DNA of 23,488 nucleotides from a virus (Duplodnaviria; Heunggongvirae; Uroviricota; Caudoviricetes): IMG/VR virus record IMGVR_UViG_2671180903_000008, positions 1 to 23,488 of that record; one strand, 5' to 3'. Shown piece by piece: positions 17,989 to 23,488 of this stretch (position 1 is its first letter; each line of letters starts with the position of its first letter). The notes under the pieces were generated by a model. It saw only the letters and a program-made list of their open reading frames with translations, ran no database searches and was not told where the DNA came from. The position numbers and the translations under genes were made by a program.

Positions 17989-19110
17989 TTACCCTTCGAA
18001 GAACCAGTATCCGCTATTGACCAGCGCCGCGAGCATCGCGAGGAATGACGGATCTTCCAGCGCATCGCCAAAATTCTCCGCAGTCAGCGCAATGTTGCTG
18101 GCGAGCGCATCCAGTGCCGGACGGTGCGGGGAATCGATCTTCTCACCATTGGCATACACGTCGTCGCCAATGCGCAATACGCGCAGACCCCCCAGGCGCA
18201 CCAGCACATCACCTTGTTTCAGCGCATCGTAGATTTCATCCGGCTGATAAGGCGGCTCTGGCGGCGCGATATCCAGTTCATGACGTGACTGGGATATAAA
18301 CTCGCCAAACCATTGCTTAAAGTGTTCCGGCTGGTTGATCAATTCGAGCATCATCTCACGCAGTTTATCCATCTCTTGCGGCAGAACGTCCGCAGGATGA
18401 GCGCGAGGTGGAACATCAGGATCGCTGTAGTAGTTGCCGCCCAGTTCACGTTGCAGCACATAATCGGCAAATCCGCTAATCAGTTCCCGCGTATTTGGCG
18501 CGCGAAAACCTACGGAATAGTTCATCGCATTTTCCAGCGCGTAGCCTTCATGCGGGAATCCTGGCGGAATATAAAGAATATCGCCAGGCTCCAGCTCTTC
18601 ATCGATGATGGCTTCGAACGGATCGACCTGTAACAGATCCGGGTGCGGGCAGTGCTGTTTCATTTGCAGCTTTTCGCCCACTCGCCAGCGACGACGTCCG
18701 GTACCCTGAATAATAAACACGTCGTACTGATCGAGATGCGGGCCGACGCCGCCGCCCGGTACAGAAAAAGAGATCATCAGATCATCAATACGCCAGTCCG
18801 GTAGTTCACGGAACGGTCGCATTAGCGCGGCGGTCGGCTCATGCCAGTGGTTCACAGCTTGCACTAACAATGACCAGTTAGTTTCACCGAGATGATCGTA
18901 GCTTTCGAACGGGCCGTGGCTGACCTGCCATTTGCCATCCTGATGACTGACCAGTCGACTGTCGACTTCGCTTTCCATCGCCAGACCCGCCAACTCGTCT
19001 GGAGAGATCGGGTCAATAAAATTATTAAAGCCGCGTTTTAACACCACCGGGCGTTTCTGCCAGTGACGTTCAAGAAAATCGGGCCAGTTTAGAGTGAGTT
19101 GGTATTCCAT
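17989..19110 (-). CDS. roxA: Ribosomal protein L16 arginine hydroxylase RoxA (YcfD)
   Basis: Translation from MEYQLTLNWPDF recognised as E. coli YcfD/RoxA (373 aa); ORF-track start at 19119 adds three residues upstream. Confidence 0.9.
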   Translation of the reverse strand: MEYQLTLNWPDFLERHWQKRPVVLKRGFNNFIDPISPDELAGLAMESEVDSRLVSHQDGKWQVSHGPFESYDHLGETNWSLLVQAVNHWHEPTAALMRPFRELPDWRIDDLMISFSVPGGGVGPHLDQYDVFIIQGTGRRRWRVGEKLQMKQHCPHPDLLQVDPFEAIIDEELEPGDILYIPPGFPHEGYALENAMNYSVGFRAPNTRELISGFADYVLQRELGGNYYSDPDVPPRAHPADVLPQEMDKLREMMLELINQPEHFKQWFGEFISQSRHELDIAPPEPPYQPDEIYDALKQGDVLVRLGGLRVLRIGDDVYANGEKIDSPHRPALDALASNIALTAENFGDALEDPSFLAMLAALVNSGYWFFEG

Positions 19111-19340
19111 GTTAAGCATCCACAGGCTGGTATCTGCAACCGATTATAACGGATGCTTAACGTAATGCGTGAAGTATGGACATATTTTATCAATTAGTGT
19201 TTTTTGCCGTTTCATAATGTTTCAGATTGTTCATTATGTTTTTGATTATAAACAGATTTGTGATTTTCCTTGTTCCAGCTTGTTTCACGTTGTAGCCCTT
19301 TGTGCAACGATCGGTGTAGTTAATGGTGTAGTTAATTGTG

Positions 19341-20588
19341 ATGACCGGAATCAAAATTATGAGCAGAGCACTTAACAAACTGAGCGATACACAGCTGAGG
19401 AAAATCAACGGCACACCCGCCCAAAAAACAGCCTTTCTTAATGACGGTGGAAACCTGAGCGTCAGGCATTCAACCAGTGGCCTTTTAACCTGGTATTTCA
19501 CTTACAGGGCCGGAACGGGAAGGGGGGCACCACCGGAACGCATTAAGCTGGGAAATTATCCTGATCTGAGCCTGAAATCAGCCAGGGAAAAAGCCGCCCA
19601 GTGTCGCGCATGGCTGGCAGAGGGGAAAAATCCACGTCATGAGCTTAATTACACCGTACAGGAAGCGTTAAAGCCGGTAACGGTTGGCGATGCGCTCACC
19701 TACTGGCTTGAGTCGTACGCAAAGGAAAACCGCGTGGATTATGCCGCCCTGAAAAAGCGCCTTAATAATCACGTAATACAGCACATTGGTGCTATGCCGC
19801 TGGATAAATGCGAGCTACGGCACTGGCTGGCCTGTTTTGACCAGGTGGCAAAGCGAACGCCTGTTACTGCCGGATTCTTGCTACAGACGTGCAAACAGGC
19901 GCTTAAGTTCTGCCGGAGGCGGCGCTATGCAATCAGCAACGTTCTTGATGATATGAGTGTGGCGGACGTTGGGAAAAAACCGGATATAAGCGAGCGTGTC
20001 TTAAGCACCAAAGAACTGGGCGAATTATTGCAGGCACTGGACAAAAAAATATTCTCCCCCTACTACATCGCGTTAATCCGCCTCCTGATTGTGTTCGGAT
20101 GCCGGACGGTAGAACTGAGGTTATCGGAGATCAGCGAGTGGGATTTTACCGAAATGCTCTGGACCGTGCCGAAAGAACACAGCAAAACGAAGGTGGCAAT
20201 ATTCCGGCCCATACCGGAAGCAATACTGCCGTTCGTCACGCAGCTGGTGGAGCAGAACAGGCACACGGGTTTATTGCTGGGGGAAGTGAAACAGGAAACA
20301 AGCGTGTCGCAGTACGGCAGATTAGCGCACAGGAGGCTAAATCACCCTCACTGGTCACTACATGACATCCGGCGCACCTTTACAACGATGCTGAACGATT
20401 TAGGCGTGGATCCTCACGTCGTGGAGCAGCTTACAGGCCACCAGATGCCAGGAATGCAGCGAGTTTATAATCATTCCCGTTATCTGGATGCTAAACGCAA
20501 TGCGCTGGATATGTGGACGGAGCGGTTAGGGATACTGGCGGGAACACATGAAAACGTAACCACGCTACCAGTAGCCAGAAGAAAATAA
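19341..20588 (+). CDS. int: Tyrosine recombinase / integrase, P4-type (N-terminal arm-binding domain)
   Basis: N-terminus LSDTQLRKI...LGNYPDLSLKSAREKA matches the P4-type integrase arm-binding domain; C-terminal HDIRRTF and HxxxxxY-type catalytic region. Start is ambiguous between GTG 19338, ATG 19341 and ATG 19359. Confidence 0.85.
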   Translation: MTGIKIMSRALNKLSDTQLRKINGTPAQKTAFLNDGGNLSVRHSTSGLLTWYFTYRAGTGRGAPPERIKLGNYPDLSLKSAREKAAQCRAWLAEGKNPRHELNYTVQEALKPVTVGDALTYWLESYAKENRVDYAALKKRLNNHVIQHIGAMPLDKCELRHWLACFDQVAKRTPVTAGFLLQTCKQALKFCRRRRYAISNVLDDMSVADVGKKPDISERVLSTKELGELLQALDKKIFSPYYIALIRLLIVFGCRTVELRLSEISEWDFTEMLWTVPKEHSKTKVAIFRPIPEAILPFVTQLVEQNRHTGLLLGEVKQETSVSQYGRLAHRRLNHPHWSLHDIRRTFTTMLNDLGVDPHVVEQLTGHQMPGMQRVYNHSRYLDAKRNALDMWTERLGILAGTHENVTTLPVARRK

Positions 20589-20630
20589 TTTTTTTCGTGT
20601 TTTTTCAGTATGCGCATACTGTATATGCGA

Positions 20631-20690
20631 ACAGATACAACGTGCAACAATGAGCAACAATGTGGAACAACTACGAACAAGAGGCGAAAA
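20631..20690. repeat. Array of five to six 10-bp-phased repeats ending in AACAA
   Basis: acagatacaa cgtgcaacaa tgagcaacaa tgtggaacaa ctacgaacaa gaggcgaaaa: the ACAA/AACAA motif recurs every 10 bp. Confidence 0.6.
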
Positions 20691-20952
20691 AGCGTACGGA
20701 TTTATAAGTAGCTGATTTTTAATGCGTTACTGGTTTTTTATACACTAGCGAATCACTCTTTAAAGAGCGAGAAAAAAGGCATGAAACAATATTTTATGCC
20801 TTTGTATTAACATGAATTTAAAAGATTTTATTCTTACTGTTTCATTTTCTGTAAATCATACATCCTCAGTATTTGCCATTTATCACTCTAGCGGGAACAA
20901 TACGACACAATAAGACACCTGATGACTCTTTAAGAAACGAAAGGGGGCAATA

Positions 20953-21141
20953 GTGTTAAGCACTGATCGGTTTATACGTGAAAAAGAATGCGAAAAACTA
21001 ACCGGCCTTAGCCGTACGTGTCGCTACCGCCTGGAAAAGGCCGGACAATTCCCATCACGTCGTAAACTTGGCGGTCGTTCCGTTGGCTGGTCTTTATCCG
21101 AGGTTCTGGCCTGGAAGGATAGCTGCAAGGCAGTTCATTAA
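20953..21141 (+). CDS. AlpA-family transcriptional regulator (phage/island HTH protein)
   Basis: 62-aa translation matches the AlpA pattern (TG.SR...Y......FP...KLG.RSVGW...EV..W); GTG start with AAGGGGG 5 nt upstream. Confidence 0.7.
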   Translation: MLSTDRFIREKECEKLTGLSRTCRYRLEKAGQFPSRRKLGGRSVGWSLSEVLAWKDSCKAVH

Positions 21142-21515
21142 TCACGCTGGCGGCACGCAGCCGCCACACATCAATCATCTGAACACAGAGCTATAACCAT
21201 GAAGATTGAATATACGCCAGAACGTAGGCGGGGATTCGTTCGCCCTGGTGAAACTGAAAAACAACAAAATTGGGGTTTTTCAGGCATAACAAAAAGCGCC
21301 CAGTTACCTGAGCGCCTTTGTGAACGATTAACCTGCTGCACAAAAAATAAATATGAGCATTGGAATTATATCAACTGTGTGAAGAAGCGCCACAATTGCC
21401 GGATTACAGGCAAAAAAAATGCGACCTATGATGGTCGCAAAAATATGATATACATGTTGATTACACTATGTATCGACAACGATGCCACATTTTTGGCTGG
21501 TTGGCAAATCTGTCA

Positions 21516-21701
21516 TCAGGGCGGACAACAACGCCACGATCTCATCTTTCTTGGGCAATTTTTAAGAAAATCCTCAAGGGCAAATCTTTTTGGCCTTGCT
21601 TCCTGTTCATGGTCAGGCATTTCATCCATTTCTCTTAATTTTTTTTCTACCTGTCTTTCAAGTATGGATAATGCGATTTCCCGTAATTCTTCGTTGTTCA
21701 T
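21516..21701 (-). CDS. Hypothetical small charged protein, 61 aa, downstream partner of the RHH gene
   Basis: Strong AGGAG ribosome-binding site 6 nt upstream of the ATG; helical, Glu/Lys/Arg-rich N-terminus; 57 bp after the RHH stop on the same strand. Confidence 0.4.
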   Translation of the reverse strand: MNNEELREIALSILERQVEKKLREMDEMPDHEQEARPKRFALEDFLKNCPRKMRSWRCCPP

Positions 21702-21758
21702 TGTCTACTCCTGTAAAGAAATGCGCCGTAGTTCCTCACACCACGGCGCTGATAGTGA

Positions 21759-21956
21759 TTATTCTGATTCTTTGGCCTTCCGGCGCTGTTCATATTTTAA
21801 TTTGCGTCCACAGGCATCTAAGACCCATGCGGAAAAATTAGCACTAGGATTAGTTAATTTTTCTTGTTCAACGCTGGCATCAATCCCATCTATAAGCTCA
21901 TGCGGGAATCGAATATTTTTCTTTGCTGATTTGTTGTTTGTGTTACCGCTAGACAT
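21759..21956 (-). CDS. Small DNA-binding protein, probably ribbon-helix-helix
   Basis: 65 aa; KKNIRFPHELIDGIDASV...NFSAWVLDAC fits a beta-strand/helix/helix RHH layout; GAGGTG ribosome-binding site 5 nt before the ATG; divergent from the small-gene operon. Confidence 0.45.
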   Translation of the reverse strand: MSSGNTNNKSAKKNIRFPHELIDGIDASVEQEKLTNPSANFSAWVLDACGRKLKYEQRRKAKESE

Positions 21957-21983
21957 TGATGCACCTCACTTAAATGGACTTTA

Positions 21984-22063
21984 TGGGCGCACACAATACA
22001 GCAAAAAAAATGAGATGTTAAGTATTGACATGTGCGCACACATGATTTTGATCTGTGCGCACA
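21984..22063. promoter_or_regulatory. Divergent control region with three phased copies of the palindrome TGTGCGCACA (one 9/10) and a TTGACA -35-like hexamer
   Basis: Copies at ~21984-21993 (tgggcgcaca), 22031-22040 and 22054-22063 (both perfect); TTGACA at 22025-22030 abuts the second copy; lies between the RHH gene start (21956) and the first small ORF (22162). Confidence 0.5.
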
Positions 22064-22161
22064 GTTTGAGTTTTGTCACTCAAATTAAGCAACGCCCCGC
22101 AGTGCTCGCAACACATGCAGGGCGTCTAACCACCAACGATAGCGAAAGTATCGAGGTAGCT

Positions 22162-22365
22162 ATGAGAAATCATACCACACACCCGCAAGGGCGGGACTCG
22201 CACGACCTGAATAAATACATCTGGCGTTTTATCGCCCTGAGCACGGCACAACCGCGCGTGATTACCATTGAGGCCACCAGCGAACAGGAAGCACGCCAGC
22301 AATCCCCGGCTGGCTGCGTGATGGTATTCGCTGCCCGTATTCGTCAGGAGGTGCGCCATGATTAA
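22162..22365 (+). CDS. Hypothetical small protein, 67 aa (first gene of small-gene operon)
   Basis: ATG at 22162 with GAGG 5 nt upstream; same frame as the tail of the spurious 388-aa ORF; stop overlaps next start (ATGATTAA). Confidence 0.5.
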   Translation: MRNHTTHPQGRDSHDLNKYIWRFIALSTAQPRVITIEATSEQEARQQSPAGCVMVFAARIRQEVRHD

Positions 22366-22570
22366 TCTGTCACTTACTGACCTTAACCGCATTCAGTTTC
22401 GTGAGAAATTCACAGGGCAGCTACTGGTCAATGTGGATAAAGGTCGCGTGGTGTGTAATTACCACTTACCAGATGAAGCAATTGTCGCCACAAGGGAATC
22501 ATTACAGGAAATCACAAAACGTGCCGGAATGATTAACACGAATATTCAGGGGATGCTTTATGCACAATAA
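22358..22570 (+). CDS. Hypothetical small protein, 70 aa
   Basis: Start overlaps upstream stop; stop overlaps next start. Confidence 0.5.
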   Translation: MINLSLTDLNRIQFREKFTGQLLVNVDKGRVVCNYHLPDEAIVATRESLQEITKRAGMINTNIQGMLYAQ

Positions 22571-22799
22571 AACCACACCGGACGCAGCCGCCGAAGCCAT
22601 CAAAACGCTGATGCACGCGCTGATTGATATTTCTGTTATCGCGGACAGGGCACATAAGCACGCCACCAGCGAAACAGAATATGCCGGTGCTTTCGTTCCT
22701 CACTCACTGGCTGTCATGCAATTTAGTGCTGATACGGCGCTGAATGAGGCCAAAGCTATCCTGATTGCTGATTGTGAAAATGGGGGGGGTTATGCGTGA
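22560..22799 (+). CDS. Hypothetical small protein, 79 aa
   Basis: Translationally coupled to both neighbours. Confidence 0.5.
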   Translation: MHNKTTPDAAAEAIKTLMHALIDISVIADRAHKHATSETEYAGAFVPHSLAVMQFSADTALNEAKAILIADCENGGGYA

Positions 22800-23025
22800 T
22801 GATCGTTTTAATTCCCTGAAACAGGAATTTTCCGGCGTTCCTGATGATGCGGCTGATGCGCTTTCGTCAATGCCAGAACTTATTAGAGCGGCTTTTTTCT
22901 TACTTTCCACGAGAGAATATAAATCAACGGGGCTTGATGTACTGAATATCGCCGCCGATTATGCGGAATATGTGGCAGAGGCGCGTTATAGAAGAAAATT
23001 TCCTGAGGATGTAAGCCATGCGTGA
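22793..23025 (+). CDS. Hypothetical small protein, ~77 aa
   Basis: ATG at ~22793 overlaps the upstream stop (ATGCGTGA); the ORF-track entry 22765-23025 begins at an earlier in-frame Met. Confidence 0.45.
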
Positions 23026-23251
23026 TATTTACCACCAAACAATAGACCGCGCATTTCTTGCACTTTCTCACAGTGAAAACATGCTGGAAATATTGCGCAT
23101 ATGGCTTGAAACACTTGGCGACAATGAACGCGACAAACAAAAATCAAGAATTGCCACGGCATTAATAACGCTTCTTGAGCCTGTAATAATGGAACTGCAA
23201 GAAATAGATCTATTGCACGACAGATATAAAGAACAGCACACCGGAGAATAA
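23018..23251 (+). CDS. Hypothetical small protein, 77 aa
   Basis: Start overlaps upstream stop (ATGCGTGA); stop overlaps next start (ATGA). Confidence 0.5.
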   Translation: MRDIYHQTIDRAFLALSHSENMLEILRIWLETLGDNERDKQKSRIATALITLLEPVIMELQEIDLLHDRYKEQHTGE

Positions 23252-23488
23252 AAATAATGAAACTTAAATATTCTGGCTTAACTGCCAGTGGCAACACTCA
23301 CCCTAAATTTACGCGCGGTGATATTTACCGCGACCAGTACGGCGGCACGGTAATGATTAAGGGCGTGGAAGAACGGCGCGTAACCTACCGCCGTGAAGGT
23401 TACGAATATGATTGCGTGATGCCTGTTTATCAGTTCCGGCGTGATTTTTCTCTGGTACAGACCGCGCCGCATAACGTGCCCACCAGCA
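23248..23488 (+). CDS. Hypothetical protein, 5' portion; open to the window end
   Basis: ATG at 23248 overlapping the upstream stop; my translation (MKLKYSGLTASGNTHPKFTRGDIYRDQYGG...) has no stop through 23488; absent from the ORF track presumably because it lacks a stop. Confidence 0.45.
   Translation, partial: MKIMKLKYSGLTASGNTHPKFTRGDIYRDQYGGTVMIKGVEERRVTYRREGYEYDCVMPVYQFRRDFSLVQTAPHNVPTS

Larger units (their letters stand above)
19120..23488 (+). mobile_element. Left end of an integrative element (P4-like satellite or PICI-type island) inserted upstream of roxA; continues beyond the window
   Basis: Tyrosine integrase followed in the same orientation by an AlpA-family regulator, repeat-rich AT-rich intergenic regions, and a small-gene operon. 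Confidence 0.6.

Noticed and set aside
17122-18633. Antisense ORFs inside pepT (17122-17541) and roxA (18017-18232, 18045-18299, 18313-18633)
   Set aside because: Shadow ORFs of conserved core genes.
19120-19340. Expected tRNA gene at the integration site of the P4-type integrase
   Set aside because: No tRNA-like sequence (no GGTTCGAATCC-type T-arm, no GC-rich acceptor stem) is present between roxA and the integrase, so the element does not appear to target a tRNA here.
19169-19501. Small ORFs in the AT-rich roxA-integrase intergenic region (19169-19375 plus strand, 19190-19501 minus strand)
   Set aside because: Hydrophobic low-complexity translations typical of AT-rich DNA; they overlap the candidate attachment/arm repeats and the integrase start, with no ribosome-binding site.
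20606-20621. 16-bp palindrome after the integrase stop as a transcription terminator
   Set aside because: The T run precedes rather than follows the hairpin on the + strand, and the minus-strand version is followed by A's, so it is treated as a protein-binding palindrome and not a terminator.
21199-22365. 388-aa + strand ORF spanning the region between the AlpA gene and the small-gene operon
   Set aside because: Translation is Cys/Ser-rich low-complexity sequence; it runs antisense across two minus-strand genes with strong ribosome-binding sites and across an operator-rich intergenic region. Only its last 67 codons, which have their own RBS and ATG at 22162, look like a real gene.
1-23488. 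CRISPR arrays, insertion sequences, rRNA genes
   Set aside because: No regularly spaced direct repeats with unique spacers, no transposase-like ORF with terminal inverted repeats, and no rRNA-like sequence were seen anywhere in the window.

Overview
The window holds three blocks. (1) 1-~13345: the late (packaging, head, tail) region of a lambdoid prophage with an HK97-type head, all on the + strand: partial upstream gene, large terminase, in-frame prohead protease/major capsid fusion, portal, a repeat-containing head-module protein, head-tail joining proteins, major tail protein, G/GT-type tail chaperones with a -1 frameshift site, tape measure, gpM, and a gpL homolog cut off after 28 codons. 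(2) ~13340-14480: a strongly AT-rich cargo segment carrying one minus-strand gene for a 230-aa leucine-rich-repeat protein that resembles type III effector LRRs. This abuts the 3' end of potB; core genes potB-potA (minus), pepT (plus) and roxA/ycfD (minus) follow, and potC/potD are missing from their expected place downstream of potB. (3) 19120-23488: the start of a second, independent integrative element directly upstream of roxA, with a P4/PICI-type tyrosine integrase, an AlpA-family regulator, a minus-strand pair of small genes, a divergent control region with repeated TGTGCGCACA palindromes, and at least six translationally coupled small ORFs running off the window end. No tRNA, rRNA, CRISPR array or IS element was seen. 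The best candidates for something undescribed are the LRR cargo gene at the prophage end and the small-gene module of the second island; neither can be assigned a function from sequence alone. All product calls rest on my recognition of protein families from the translations, not on searches. CDS coordinates come from the ORF track; coordinates of short motifs were counted by hand and may be off by 1-2 bp.
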